Origin: an uncultured Chloroflexia bacterium
GTDB lineage: Bacteria; Chloroflexota; Limnocylindria; Limnocylindrales; CSP1-4
Direction of reading: 5' to 3'
Length of the DNA: 64,000 nt
Assembly: GCA_963698595.1 (NCBI GenBank)
Contig: CAVORL010000006.1
Coordinates: forward strand, 50,489-114,488
A model generated the notes under the pieces. It saw nothing but the letters and a program-made list of their open reading frames with translations. It did not search any database and was not told the origin of the DNA. The position numbers were made by a program, and so were the translations under genes. How positions within the stretch are numbered: position 1 is the first letter of the stretch; the number at the start of each line of letters is the position of its first letter. Shown here one piece after another: positions 18,659 to 28,184 of this stretch.

Positions 18659-18943
18659 GCTGCGTGTGCTCCTCTTCCGGGAGGGCGGCTCGCCGCCCTG
18701 GTCCCGGTCCCTGCCCGCGGCGCGACGCGCGCCGCCCTGCTCGTGGCGGTCCGCCCGCCCCTCCATCCGCGTGCTCCTCCCGTCCGACGAGCCGGGCGTG
18801 GGCCCAATTCACCGGTTCGGTGCACCTGCGCCCCTGTCGCTCCCACGCGATCCGCGGCGCGGCGGTTGCCCCGCCAGGCGTTCCCCCGACCCTCCGCCGA
18901 AGGTCCCCGACAAGGGCCTGTCCGTCCGGAAGGCGGTCCCAGA

Positions 18944-18972
18944 ACTGTATCGCGGGAAGGGTGTCGCGTCAA
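18944..18972 (-). promoter_or_regulatory. Candidate nrdJ promoter (TTGACG -17 nt- TACAGT)
   Basis: On the minus strand, TTGACG (18972-18967), a 17-nt spacer, then TACAGT (18949-18944), immediately downstream of the NrdR boxes. Implies a leader of about 280 nt. Confidence 0.4.
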
Positions 18973-18978
18973 CGCCAA

Positions 18979-18996
18979 ACCACAACATGTTGTGGT
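18979..18996. promoter_or_regulatory. NrdR box 1 (perfect palindrome ACCACAACATGTTGTGGT)
   Basis: 18-bp perfect palindrome upstream of nrdJ, an AT-richer island in GC-rich DNA. Fits the NrdR-box pattern of paired 16-bp palindromes. Confidence 0.6.
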
Positions 18997-19009
18997 GCTT
19001 TGGGTGGAC

Positions 19010-19028
19010 CAACAACTACATGTTGTGG
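19010..19028. promoter_or_regulatory. NrdR box 2 (CAACAACTACATGTTGTGG, imperfect)
   Basis: Shares the CATGTTGTGG half-site with box 1. Centres are about 33 bp apart. Confidence 0.5.
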
Positions 19029-19244
19029 ACGAGATGGTCCGGCGGCACGACGCGTCGACAGCCGGCCGGCACCCCGTGGACGCCCGGCGGACCTGCGTGC
19101 ACGGCCGGTTCGGCGCCGGTGGCGGCCCCCGCACGCGCGGTGGGGACGGGCATCATACCGCACGGATGTTCGAATAACCGGTCCACCGGAAGAGGGACGA
19201 GAGCCGCCGGCCGATCCTGCCGGCGAGCCCGGCCATCACCGATC

Positions 19245-20510
19245 TCAGGTCGGGACGTGCGCCCCCGGCTCGCGCTCCTCGATGGCCCAGTGAATCCCCC
19301 AGCGGTCCATGGCGGCCATGTACGGGTCGGGATCCAGCTGCTCCGGGACGTAGACCCCGGCCCCGCCCCAGTCGCCGCGGGCCAGAAGCTCCAGGGCAAG
19401 CACCGGGTTGAAGCCGGTCTGCAGGGCGACGGCCTGCAGACCGAAGCTCGCCCACGACTCCTCGCCGACGGTCTTCTGGTACAGGTACACCTCGCGCGGC
19501 GCGCCGTCCTTGCGGCCGATCGCCCACGTCCCGACGATCGCCCGGCCCTTCATCCGCTCGCCGACCTTCGCGGGGTCGGGCGTGAGAGCCGTGACGACAT
19601 CGCGCGGGGCGACCTCGACGCCGCCCACCCGGATGGGCTTCGTGGAGTCGAGGCCGACCGCGTGGAGGACCCTGAGGATGTTGATGAAGTCGGAGCCGAG
19701 GGCGTACTTGAAGGTGGCCTTCTTGACGGCCGGTATCCCGCGCGGCATGAGGACGACTTCCTCATGCTCGACGTTGACGCATTCGATGGGGCCGATCCCC
19801 TCCGGGAAGACGAACGCCTCGGGGCCCGAGAACGGCTCCGTCGTGTAGTGGCCGCCGCGAGCGACGTCCCAGATGAGCGGCGGGTTGAGGCACTCCTCGA
19901 TCGTCGTCCAGATGCTGAAGACGGTCGCGAACGCGTAGCCCTCGATGTGCAGGTCGCCACCATCCCGAACGTGCAGCTCGTCGATCTCGTCGAACAGGTG
20001 CTTGCCCGCGTACGCCGCGAACACGTCGGTGAGGCCCGGGTCCATGCCCAGGCCGAGGATCGCCAGCCGCCCGGCGGCTCGCCAGGCCTCGTGCTGCGGG
20101 AACTGGTAGTCGCCGAGCTTGACGCCGGGCGTCGTGAACGGGGTCGTGGGGTGAGGTTCCGACAGGCTGACGGCCATGTCCAGGTAGTCGGCTCCGGCGG
20201 CGAAGGCGCCGTCGAAGATCGAGGGGACGAAGCGCGGGTCCGCCCCGTTGACCACGATGTCGACGCCATGCTCGCGGGCGAGCTGGGTCACGAGCTCCGG
20301 CTTCGCGGCATCGACGACGGCGGCGGGGAAGCGTGCGGTGGCCGGGGCATCGGCCGGCCCGCCCCCGAGCCGCGACTGGACGAGCCGGGCCCGCTCGATG
20401 TCGTAGTCGGCCAGGACCATCCGCTCGAGCCACGGCGTGTCGGCGCTGAGCTTCGCGATCGCCTCGCCGACCGTGCCGACGCCCACGAGGAGCACCTTGA
20501 GCTGTTTCAC
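19245..20510 (-). CDS. Saccharopine dehydrogenase family NAD(P)-binding protein
   Basis: VLLVGVGTVGEAI Rossmann motif. Overall resemblance to saccharopine/homospermidine-type dehydrogenases, 421 aa. Confidence 0.8.
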   Translation of the reverse strand: MKQLKVLLVGVGTVGEAIAKLSADTPWLERMVLADYDIERARLVQSRLGGGPADAPATARFPAAVVDAAKPELVTQLAREHGVDIVVNGADPRFVPSIFDGAFAAGADYLDMAVSLSEPHPTTPFTTPGVKLGDYQFPQHEAWRAAGRLAILGLGMDPGLTDVFAAYAGKHLFDEIDELHVRDGGDLHIEGYAFATVFSIWTTIEECLNPPLIWDVARGGHYTTEPFSGPEAFVFPEGIGPIECVNVEHEEVVLMPRGIPAVKKATFKYALGSDFINILRVLHAVGLDSTKPIRVGGVEVAPRDVVTALTPDPAKVGERMKGRAIVGTWAIGRKDGAPREVYLYQKTVGEESWASFGLQAVALQTGFNPVLALELLARGDWGGAGVYVPEQLDPDPYMAAMDRWGIHWAIEEREPGAHVPT

Positions 20511-20666
20511 GGGAGACCTCCGCGGCTGACGCTGCGCCGGGACGCTGGCCTGTAGGGTGCCACGCGGCCACGGCTCCGGCCGGCGTGTTGCGCCGGGCGG
20601 CCTCGGGCTTTCCGTGCGGTGGCACAGGCCCCTGCGGGCGGGCCCGCGTCACGCGCGGCGCGGGCC

Positions 20667-21209
20667 TCAGGCGGGCCGATGGCCGCGCTTCGGGTTGCCT
20701 CGCTTCTTCGTGGCGCCGCGTCCGGGCTTCCAGCGTCGCCCCGCGTCGTCGGGCCCGGTATCGTCGTCCGGCGCACGTGGCGACGTGGGCCGTCCGGCGG
20801 CCGGCGCCGCCAGGCGCTGCCGCGAGAGCCGTCCGGCGATCCACGCGGTCCGGGCAGTCCGGGAGCCCGCCGCCCGCAGGCTGCCCGCGAGGGCAATGTC
20901 GTCCGTCACGACGAGCGTGCCCTCCGCGGCCGCGCCGACGAGGTGAACGAGAAGGGCGTCGGCCGAGCGCCGCCCGGAGTAGCGCACCTCGATCCCGGAC
21001 GTGAGGCGGCGGTTGATGCCGCCGGGCGGTGGCGAGCCGTCGAGCACGAGCATGACGCTCACGCCGGCCGGCACGAACGCGCGCAGGCGCCCGATCACCG
21101 CCGCCGCCGGCAGCGGGCCCCCGGCGCGGTCAAGGGCGTGGAGCAGGTTGGTCCCGTCGATGAGGAGGCGCGTGGCGCCGGCGAGCGGGTCCGTTGCGGA
21201 GCGGGGCAT
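20667..21209 (-). CDS. NYN/YacP-like (PIN-related) putative ribonuclease with basic C-terminal tail
   Basis: LLIDGTNLLHAL..., VMLVLDG, SADALLV, LVVTDDIAL pattern of YacP/Rae1-type NYN domains. Tail KPGRGATKKRGNPKRGHR. Confidence 0.65.
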   Translation of the reverse strand: MPRSATDPLAGATRLLIDGTNLLHALDRAGGPLPAAAVIGRLRAFVPAGVSVMLVLDGSPPPGGINRRLTSGIEVRYSGRRSADALLVHLVGAAAEGTLVVTDDIALAGSLRAAGSRTARTAWIAGRLSRQRLAAPAAGRPTSPRAPDDDTGPDDAGRRWKPGRGATKKRGNPKRGHRPA

Positions 21210-21241
21210 GGGGTGATGGTACGTCGCCGCGCAGTCCGGGC

Positions 21242-21247
21242 TACGAT
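21242..21247 (+). promoter_or_regulatory. Candidate -10 TACGAT, 7 nt before the HAD hydrolase ATG (leaderless-type)
   Basis: TACGAT-tcgcccg-ATG, with no room for an RBS. Confidence 0.3.
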
Positions 21248-21254
21248 TCGCCCG

Positions 21255-22139
21255 ATGCTCCTCCTCGTCGATCTCGACGGTGTCGTCTACCGCGGTGCCG
21301 CGCCGATCCCCGGCGTGGCAGCCGTCCTCGCCGACCGCGCCGCGCGCGGTGACACGGTCGTCTACGTCACGAACAACTCGATGCACTACCGGGCCGACTA
21401 CGTGACCCGTCTCGGCGGCATGGGGGCGCCCGTCACGGCCGACCGCGTCGTGAGCTCGGCGCGGGCGACGGCACTGTACCTGGCCGACCCGCGGCTCCAC
21501 CCGCCCGTGCGTCGCGTCCTCGTCGTCGGCGCCGGCGGCCTCGAGCGCGAGTGTCGCGATGCGGGGCTCGATGTCGTGGTCGCGGCGCATGCGGCGTCGC
21601 GCCAGGCGCGCGAGGGCATCGACGGGTGGGAGGCGGCCGGGCGACCCGACGCGGTCGTGGTGGGCCTGGACCCCCAGTTCACCTACCAGAAGCTGGCCGT
21701 GGCGGTCGACTGCGTGCACCAGGGTGCACGGTTCGTGGCAACGAACCGTGACCCGATCTATCCGACGGAACGGGGGGGCCGGCCGGGTGCGGGGTCGATC
21801 GTCGCCGCCATCGAGGCCGGGTCGCAGGTCACGCCCATCTCGATCGGGAAGCCGGCGCCGCTCCTGCTGGAGCTCGCGATCCGGGCCGCCGGCGAGGGGC
21901 TGGCGCGGGACGACGCCGTCATGATCGGCGACGGGATTGCCACCGACCTGGCAGCGGCAAACGGCCTCGGCATCCCCTGCGTCCTCGTGCTCACCGGAGT
22001 GACGACCCGGGCCCAGGCGGAGGTCCTTCCCGCGGACGGGCGCCCGGTCGCGCTTGTCGCCGACGCCGCGGAGCTCGCGGCGGCGCTGGAGCGGCTGGCG
22101 GAGACGGCGGCGCGGCGCCACGACGCCCCGGGAGCGTAG
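21255..22139 (+). CDS. HAD-IIA family hydrolase (NagD-like sugar phosphatase)
   Basis: LLLVDLDGVVY (DxDG motif I), VTNNS, GKP, MIGDGIATDL. Confidence 0.85.
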   Translation: MLLLVDLDGVVYRGAAPIPGVAAVLADRAARGDTVVYVTNNSMHYRADYVTRLGGMGAPVTADRVVSSARATALYLADPRLHPPVRRVLVVGAGGLERECRDAGLDVVVAAHAASRQAREGIDGWEAAGRPDAVVVGLDPQFTYQKLAVAVDCVHQGARFVATNRDPIYPTERGGRPGAGSIVAAIEAGSQVTPISIGKPAPLLLELAIRAAGEGLARDDAVMIGDGIATDLAAANGLGIPCVLVLTGVTTRAQAEVLPADGRPVALVADAAELAAALERLAETAARRHDAPGA

Positions 22140-22255
22140 TCCGCCCATCCGGCGGCACGCCCGGGCCGCACCACCAGGAGAGATTGCCGCACAATGGCGG
22201 CACCTCGCCCTGCCGGCCCCTGCCGCCGGATCCCGCCCGGGGGATGCACCGACCC

Positions 22256-23209
22256 ATGTCCACCGTCCTCGTCAGCGGCGCCTCCGGCTTCGTCGGCAGC
22301 CACGTCATCCCCGAGCTCAGCGGCGCGGGCCACCGCGTCGTCGCGCTCGTCCGCACCCCGAAGGCCGGGGAGACGGTCGTGCGCCGCCTTCCCGCCGAGC
22401 AGGCGGCCCGGGTGGAGCTCCGTGTGGGCGATGTCCTCGACCCGTCGACCCTCTCAGCCGCGCTCGCCGGCGTCGACGCGGTGGTTCACCTCGTCGCCAT
22501 CGCGCGCGACTGGAACGGGGGGAAGGACCTCCTGGGTGTCAACCTGGGCGGCACGCGGAACCTGCTCGCCGCAATGCAGGAAGCGGGCGTGCGACGGATC
22601 GTCCACCTCGGCGCCCTCGGCGTGGAGGATCGCGAGAACCTGCACTACGCCAAGAGCAAGGCGCGAGCGGAGCAGGCCGTCCGCGCGAGCGGCCTCGACT
22701 GGACGATCCTGAAGCCGTCGCTGCTGTTCGGGCCGCGGGACGGGTTCTTCAACATCGTGGCCGACCTCGTCCGGATCCCGCTGCCGCTCGTGCCCGTGCC
22801 GGGCGACGGGAAGAGCCGCTTCCAGCCGCTCCATGTCGGCGACCTGGCGCTGTGCGCCCGCCTCTCGGTGGAGAGGCCGGAGACGATCGGCCGTGCCTAC
22901 GAGCTCGGCGGCCCGCGCACCTGGACGTACCGCGAGATCACCCTCGAGGTGGCGCGAGCCCTCGGGAAGCGCCGCCTGGTCATCCCCGTGCCGGTCCCCC
23001 TCATCGGGCTGGTGGCGTGGATGGCCGAGTCCCTGCGCCTGCGCTTCTTCCCCGTCGCCACCGACCAGCTCCGCCAGCTGGCGCTCGACAACGTGGGCCC
23101 GCACGACGGCGTCCAGCGCGCCTTCGGCTTCGTTCCGCGCACAATGGAGGGCGAGCTCCTGTACCTGCGCAACCCGGGGAAGCGCCAGGAGCCGACGCCC
23201 GCCACGTAG
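22256..23209 (+). CDS. NAD(P)H-binding atypical SDR (NDUFA9/NmrA-like) oxidoreductase
   Basis: VLVSGASGFVGSHV glycine motif, YAKSKARAE (YxxxK), LKPSLLFGP. Confidence 0.85.
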   Translation: MSTVLVSGASGFVGSHVIPELSGAGHRVVALVRTPKAGETVVRRLPAEQAARVELRVGDVLDPSTLSAALAGVDAVVHLVAIARDWNGGKDLLGVNLGGTRNLLAAMQEAGVRRIVHLGALGVEDRENLHYAKSKARAEQAVRASGLDWTILKPSLLFGPRDGFFNIVADLVRIPLPLVPVPGDGKSRFQPLHVGDLALCARLSVERPETIGRAYELGGPRTWTYREITLEVARALGKRRLVIPVPVPLIGLVAWMAESLRLRFFPVATDQLRQLALDNVGPHDGVQRAFGFVPRTMEGELLYLRNPGKRQEPTPAT

Positions 23210-23226
23210 GCGGGCCGGGAGGTAGC

Positions 23227-24186
23227 GTGCGCCGCAACGCCATCGTGCTGGCCTGGCTGGCCGCGGCGATCGTCATCGCCCTTGGCGCGGCGGGGATCGT
23301 GGAGGCGCTCGACCACCTCCCCGGCGGAGCGGGGCGACCGGAGCTCACGTCGTCGGCCGACGGCACGGTCGCGCCCGACCTCGACGCGGCATCCGATGAG
23401 CTGGCGGACCTCATCGGTGCCGTGGGAGTCCTCGGCGACGACGGCCGGTCCGCGCTGGCCGCCCTCGTGGCCCGCAACAGCGCCGAGCTCGAGGCCGACA
23501 TCGGCGCCGGCACGCTGCAGCTCGACGCCATCGACGCCGCCGCCGCGCGCCTCGCGACGCGCTTCGCGGCGAGCCCGCTGACCGCCTCGGACCGGGCCAT
23601 GCGCTACTCCCCCGTCACGATCGCCCGCTTCGAGGCCCTCCGGTCGGCCCTCCCCGCGGTCGAGCCGATCCGGGCCGCCTGGGAGCGGCTGGCCGGGGGA
23701 GTCGTGCCGGCCACCGAGCTGACTCGGCACCTGCTGGCGCACGACGAGATCGCAGGCGCCGCGATCCAGCTGGGGGGCGCCGGCACGTACGATGAGGCCA
23801 TCGCTCGCATCGACGACGCGAGCGCGGAGCTGGCATCGGCACGCACGATCCGCGACCGGCTGGCGGCAACCGTCGACGTGGCGACCCTCGACACATGGAT
23901 TGCCCGCAACGCGGCCTACGACGACGCCCTGCGCGACCTGTGGGGCGCCCTCCGGGAGTCCGGTGAGCGGGTCACCGACGCGGTCCGCGAGGCGGCCGCC
24001 CGGGAGCGGACGGCCAAGGACCTCCTGCCCCCCGACGCACGGGCGCTCGTGGTGATCCTGGGGGACGTCGCCCGCGGCGGGCTCAACCAGGCCGTGATCA
24101 CGATCGAGGACGCGCGCGGCCGGCTCCTCGAGGCCGCGTCGCTCGCCGCGGCCCCGCTCGCCGGCACGCCCATCCCGGTTCCCTGA
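23227..24186 (+). CDS. Hypothetical membrane-anchored, alpha-helical protein
   Basis: GTG 23227, one N-terminal TM (IVLAWLAAAIVIALGAAGIV), then an Ala/Asp/Leu-rich region. This is the C-terminal third of a 710-aa track ORF whose upstream part overlaps the SDR gene out of frame. Confidence 0.5.
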   Translation: MRRNAIVLAWLAAAIVIALGAAGIVEALDHLPGGAGRPELTSSADGTVAPDLDAASDELADLIGAVGVLGDDGRSALAALVARNSAELEADIGAGTLQLDAIDAAAARLATRFAASPLTASDRAMRYSPVTIARFEALRSALPAVEPIRAAWERLAGGVVPATELTRHLLAHDEIAGAAIQLGGAGTYDEAIARIDDASAELASARTIRDRLAATVDVATLDTWIARNAAYDDALRDLWGALRESGERVTDAVREAAARERTAKDLLPPDARALVVILGDVARGGLNQAVITIEDARGRLLEAASLAAAPLAGTPIPVP

Positions 24187-24263
24187 CCGCGGCTAGACTT
24201 GGGCGAGCGTCCGGCCGGGCGCCGGGCCCGCGGCGCCGCAGTCTCACGGGAGCCGTTGTTCGC

Positions 24264-25778
24264 ATGCAGCTGCGCGTCGTCACCGATCAGCCCTGGGACG
24301 TCGCCGCCGACGTCCTCGCCATCCCCCTCGCCGGCGAATCCGACCTCGACGGTCCGTGCGGCGAAGTCGACCGCCGGAGCGGCGGGGAGCTGCGTTCCCT
24401 CGTCACGTTCGGCGAGGTCTCCGGGAAGCGCTACGCCACGGCTCTCGCCGGGGCCGGCGACCTCGCGGCCGGGCGTCTTCTCGTCGTCGGGACGGGACCG
24501 CTCACCGAGGTCGATCGCGAGACGGTCGTCCATATCGGGGCCACGATCGAGCGCCGGCTCGCCGGGCGCGAGGTGCGGCGCCTGGCCGTCTGGCTCGGCG
24601 ATCTCGGCGGCGCGATCGAGGGGGGGCCCGAGATCGCGGCGGAGCTCCTGGCACGCGGCGTCGTGGAGGGCGGCTTCGACCCCGCCGCCATCTACCGGGC
24701 CGCGCCGGACGCGTCGCCCCCGGCCCTCGACGAGCTGATCCTCGTCGCGCCCGGTGCGGATCGGACGGCGCTCGCGGCAGCCGCGGCGCGGGGCGTCGTG
24801 ATCGGGGAGGGGACGAACCTCACCCGGCGGCTCGCCAACCGGGCGGCGAACGACGTCAGTCCCGAGGTCCTTGCCGAAGAGGCCCGCGCCATCGCCGCCG
24901 CACACGGCCTGTGGGTCGACGTCGTCGACGAAGTCCGGGCTGCGGAGCTCGGCATGGGCATGTTCCTGGCGGTCGGGCGCGGGAGCGCCAACCCCCCGCG
25001 AATGATCGTCCTGCGCTCGGGACGGGAGGGTGAGAAGGACGCCCTCGGGCGCCACCTCGCCCTCGTCGGGAAGGGCGTCTGCTTCGATTCAGGCGGCATC
25101 TCCATCAAGCCCTCCGAGAGGATGGAGGAGATGAAGATGGACAAGACGGGTGCCTGCACCGTGCTCGCGGCCGTCGCGACCGTGGCGCGCCTGGCCCCCG
25201 GAACGCCGCTCCTCGCCGTGGCGCCAGCGGTCGAGAACATGCCCGGCCCGCACTCGACGCGGCCGGGCGACATCGTGACCGCGCTCAACGGGAAGACGGT
25301 CGACGTCATCAACACCGACGCCGAAGGGCGCCTCATCCTGGGTGACGCCATGACCTACGCGGAGCGCCTTGGAGCCACCCACGTGGTCGATGTCGCCACC
25401 CTCACCGGCGCCGTGGGCCGCGCCCTGGGTCACCTCGTCGCCGGCGGCTTCGGGGCGCCGCAGGCCTGGTACGACCAGGTCGCCGCCGCGGCGGACCGCG
25501 CCGGCGAGCGCCTCTGGCAGATGCCGCTCATCGAGGAGTACTGGGCCGAGATGGACAGCTGGTACGCGGACATGTCGAACGTCGGGTCCTCGGCCGAGGG
25601 GGGCCTCATCCGCAGCGCCCTCTTCCTGCGCCAGTTCGTCACGGTCCCCTGGGTCCACCTCGACATCGCCGGAACGGCCTACTTCCGCAAGGCCCTGCCA
25701 TGGGCGGCCCGCGGCGCCACGGGCTCGTCGACGGCCACGCTCGTGGAGCTCGCCCTGGCCGGGGCCGGCCCGGCGTAG
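24264..25778 (+). CDS. pepA: Leucyl aminopeptidase (M17)
   Basis: VGKGVCFDSGG, NTDAEGRLILGD signature, DIAG. Confidence 0.92.
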   Translation: MQLRVVTDQPWDVAADVLAIPLAGESDLDGPCGEVDRRSGGELRSLVTFGEVSGKRYATALAGAGDLAAGRLLVVGTGPLTEVDRETVVHIGATIERRLAGREVRRLAVWLGDLGGAIEGGPEIAAELLARGVVEGGFDPAAIYRAAPDASPPALDELILVAPGADRTALAAAAARGVVIGEGTNLTRRLANRAANDVSPEVLAEEARAIAAAHGLWVDVVDEVRAAELGMGMFLAVGRGSANPPRMIVLRSGREGEKDALGRHLALVGKGVCFDSGGISIKPSERMEEMKMDKTGACTVLAAVATVARLAPGTPLLAVAPAVENMPGPHSTRPGDIVTALNGKTVDVINTDAEGRLILGDAMTYAERLGATHVVDVATLTGAVGRALGHLVAGGFGAPQAWYDQVAAAADRAGERLWQMPLIEEYWAEMDSWYADMSNVGSSAEGGLIRSALFLRQFVTVPWVHLDIAGTAYFRKALPWAARGATGSSTATLVELALAGAGPA

Positions 25779-25795
25779 CGGGGCGGCGACGCCCG

Positions 25796-26503
25796 ATGGG
25801 CTCCGAGACGTTCACGTTCCTGATCGTCGACGAGCGCCTGCTCGCGGTGGTCCTGGGCATCGCCGGGGCCGCCTGGGGCTTCGCCGCCGACCGGATCGGC
25901 GCCCGCTGGCCGGTCCACGAGGCCGAGGTCGACGAGGGCGGGGCAGTCTCTCGCGCGGCCGGCTGGGTGCGTCCGGTCGACTGGCGCACGGTCGTCGTGG
26001 TCGCCCTGGGTGGCGTCTCGCTCGGCGCGCTCGCCCTTCGCTTCGACGAGCTGGTGCCGCTCGTGCTCTTCGGGGCATTCTTCGCCGCGCTCACGCTCCT
26101 GCTCGCCACCGACCTCGATCAGCGGCTCCTCCCCGACGTCATCACGCTTCCCGCGATCCCGATTGCGCTGGCCGTCTGCCTCCTGGGGCTCAATCCGCTC
26201 GTGCCCCTCGGCGCGCTGCCCGGGGCGCTCATCGCCGCGATCGCGATCCCCGCGTTCCTTTTCGTGGTGGCGATCCCGTTCGGGGCCGGGGCGATCGGCA
26301 TCGGCGACCTGAAGCTCCTCGTCACCGTGGGGCTGCTGACCGGCCTGACGCGGGCCGTGACCGGCGTCGTCGTGGGAGCCCTGGTGGCCGGTGTCGTGCT
26401 CGTCGCGCTCCTCGCGGCGCGCCGGATCACGCTGCGCACGTACGTCCCGTTCGGGCCGTTCCTCATCCTCGGGGCGTACTGGGCGGTCCTCGTCATCGGC
26501 TGA
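25796..26503 (+). CDS. Prepilin peptidase family (A24) membrane aspartic protease
   Basis: ATDLDQRLLPD and GIGDLKLL catalytic-Asp motifs. Polytopic membrane protein. Confidence 0.8.
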   Translation: MGSETFTFLIVDERLLAVVLGIAGAAWGFAADRIGARWPVHEAEVDEGGAVSRAAGWVRPVDWRTVVVVALGGVSLGALALRFDELVPLVLFGAFFAALTLLLATDLDQRLLPDVITLPAIPIALAVCLLGLNPLVPLGALPGALIAAIAIPAFLFVVAIPFGAGAIGIGDLKLLVTVGLLTGLTRAVTGVVVGALVAGVVLVALLAARRITLRTYVPFGPFLILGAYWAVLVIG

Positions 26504-26539
26504 CCCGAGAGTCCTGCTGGCGGGTTGGCGGCCGAGGAG

Positions 26540-26545
26540 TAGAAT
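26540..26545 (+). promoter_or_regulatory. Candidate -10 TAGAAT upstream of the M23 peptidase gene
   Basis: TAGAAT about 130 nt upstream of ATG 26673, in the 170-bp intergenic region. Confidence 0.3.
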
Positions 26546-26672
26546 TCGCGCCAGCCGGGTCGTCCCGAGGCGTGCCCACTTCGGACGGCGAACCCACCGG
26601 CGGGATGGACACCGCCACGGCGCCCGGGAGCGCCCAACGGAGCACCGCTCGCACGATGATGTCGCCAGCTTG

Positions 26673-28052
26673 ATGGGCCGCCCCACGCCCCGCGTTGCGG
26701 GATGGACGCCGCGCAGCCGCCGTGCCCTGCCGGGCCGACCCGGTGCGCGCGCGGGCCGGCTCGTCCTGGCCTTCCTTGCGATCCCGCTGCTCGTCGGGCT
26801 CGCCGGCCCGCCGAGCGCGCGCGGCGACGAGCTATCCGACGCCGTGGCGCGCCAGAAGGCGCTTGCCGCGCAGGTCAAGCAGCAGCGTGCCGAGGTCAGC
26901 CGCCTCAGGGAGCTCCAGGGCGGGCTCGCCCAGGAGATGGCGTCCACGCAGACCGCGCTGAACGGGATCAACACGAACCTCGCCCAGACCAGGGAGCGGA
27001 TCTCGCGCATCGGGGCCCGCGTCGTCGAGGTCCGGGCCATCTACGACGACCTCGTGGCGCAGGTCGCGCTCCTCGACCGCCAGGTCGTCGCGATCGAAGA
27101 GGAACAGGTGGAGAAGGCGCAGGAGCTGCGCGATCGTCGAGACCTCCTGGCCGCCCGGATCCGCGAGGCGTACCGGACCGACCGAACGACCATCGTCCAG
27201 GCGTTCCTCTCCGCCGGCACGTTCACCGACCTTCTCCAGGACGTCGGCTCCTACCTCGACCTCGGCGATCAGGACCGGGAGCTGGCCAGCCGGATCGAGG
27301 CCGATGCGCGGACCATCGCGGCGCTCCGGGCGCTCCTCGTGGACACGCGGTCAGCGCGGGAGGAGCTGCGGGCGGTGACCCTGGCCCAGAAGAAGCAGCT
27401 GGACGCCCGGATGCGCGACCTGCGCGAGGCTCGGGCGCGCCTGGCGGAGCTCCAGGACGAGACCGAGCGCCAGCTGGCGATCCAGCGCGCAGCCTTCGCC
27501 AAGATGGCGTCGAGCAAGAGCGCCATGCAGGCTGCCATCGCCAGCAACCTCGCGGCGCAGAAGAAGCTCGCGGGACGGATCGAGAGGATCGTTGCCCGGC
27601 AGCGCAGCCGTGGGAACATCCCTTCCCAGTACAACGGGACGCTGCGCTGGCCCATGGCCGGGACGCTGACCCAGGAGTTCGGGTGCACCGGGTTCTCGTG
27701 GGAGCCTCCGGTCGGCAGCTGTGCCCACTTCCACCAGGGGATCGACCTCGCCGCGCCGATGTACACGCCGATCAGGGCCGCAGGCGACGGTGTCGTCGTC
27801 TTCGCGGGCCCGAACCCGTGGGACCCGTACCCCAAGGCGTGGATCGTCATCATCGCCCACAGCGAGTCGCTGCAGACGTGGTACGCCCACGTCGACAACG
27901 CCGTCCGCCCCCCTGCCGTCCTGGCCGGGGAGCACGTGTCCGCCGGCCAGGTCGTCGCCTACATCGGGATGACCGGGCGGACGACCGGCCCGCACCTCCA
28001 CTGGGCGGTGATGTCCAACGGCAGCTTCGCCAACCCGCGCCTCTTCCTCTGA
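26673..28052 (+). CDS. Coiled-coil M23 family metallopeptidase (EnvC-like murein hydrolase or activator)
   Basis: Signal/TM, long heptad-rich coiled coil, C-terminal [11 protein letters not shown] and GPHLHWAV (HxxxD / HxH). Confidence 0.85.
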   Translation: MGRPTPRVAGWTPRSRRALPGRPGARAGRLVLAFLAIPLLVGLAGPPSARGDELSDAVARQKALAAQVKQQRAEVSRLRELQGGLAQEMASTQTALNGINTNLAQTRERISRIGARVVEVRAIYDDLVAQVALLDRQVVAIEEEQVEKAQELRDRRDLLAARIREAYRTDRTTIVQAFLSAGTFTDLLQDVGSYLDLGDQDRELASRIEADARTIAALRALLVDTRSAREELRAVTLAQKKQLDARMRDLREARARLAELQDETERQLAIQRAAFAKMASSKSAMQAAIASNLAAQKKLAGRIERIVARQRSRGNIPSQYNGTLRWPMAGTLTQEFGCTGFSWEPPVGSCAHFHQGIDLAAPMYTPIRAAGDGVVVFAGPNPWDPYPKAWIVIIAHSESLQTWYAHVDNAVRPPAVLAGEHVSAGQVVAYIGMTGRTTGPHLHWAVMSNGSFANPRLFL

Positions 28053-28184
28053 CGCGCTCGTCGCCCGGTGCCCCGACGCTGGCATGCGGCGCGCGGGAGC
28101 CGGGTCGGGCCGATCCCCCGTGGTAGCATCGAATGCGGGCATCCCGCCTCCCACCCTGCCCCCGCCGGCACACGAGGACGGTCG

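Noticed and set aside
18659-18940. Cobalamin riboswitch in the long nrdJ leader.
   Set aside because: There is no B12 box (GCCACUG) and no convincing GGGAA...GGUGAAAUCC core. A B12 off-switch also makes little sense for a B12-dependent enzyme.
15647-19177. 1176-aa plus-strand ORF antisense to nrdJ. Similar giants occur at 59560-63159 (-), 46518-48974 (-), 50688-53387 (-), 33124-35583 (-) and 5837-7366 (-).
   Set aside because: Their translations are Arg/Gly/Pro/Asp-rich and low in complexity, with no motifs. Each lies opposite or out of frame to a gene with clear family signatures. Long stop-free antisense frames are expected at this GC content.
22054-24186. 710-aa ORF spanning the SDR gene region and the downstream membrane-anchored protein.
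   Set aside because: Its first ~390 codons are an Arg/Pro-rich off-frame reading of the SDR gene. Only the part from GTG 23227 onward looks like a real protein.
26504-26672. Possible c-di-AMP (ydaO-type) riboswitch in the leader of the M23 peptidase gene.
   Set aside because: Such riboswitches often precede cell-wall hydrolase genes in actinobacteria. However, I could not find the conserved ACGGGGUGAAUC or CAGCUAACCUCG elements. Only a cmscan would settle it.
28124-28136. TAGCAT followed 3 nt later by an ATG (28133) as a leaderless start upstream of glgC.
   Set aside because: The 28133 ORF is in a different frame from glgC and encodes an Arg/Pro-rich peptide. The glgC start at 28185, with a GAGGA RBS, fits the family N-terminus ([12 protein letters not shown]).
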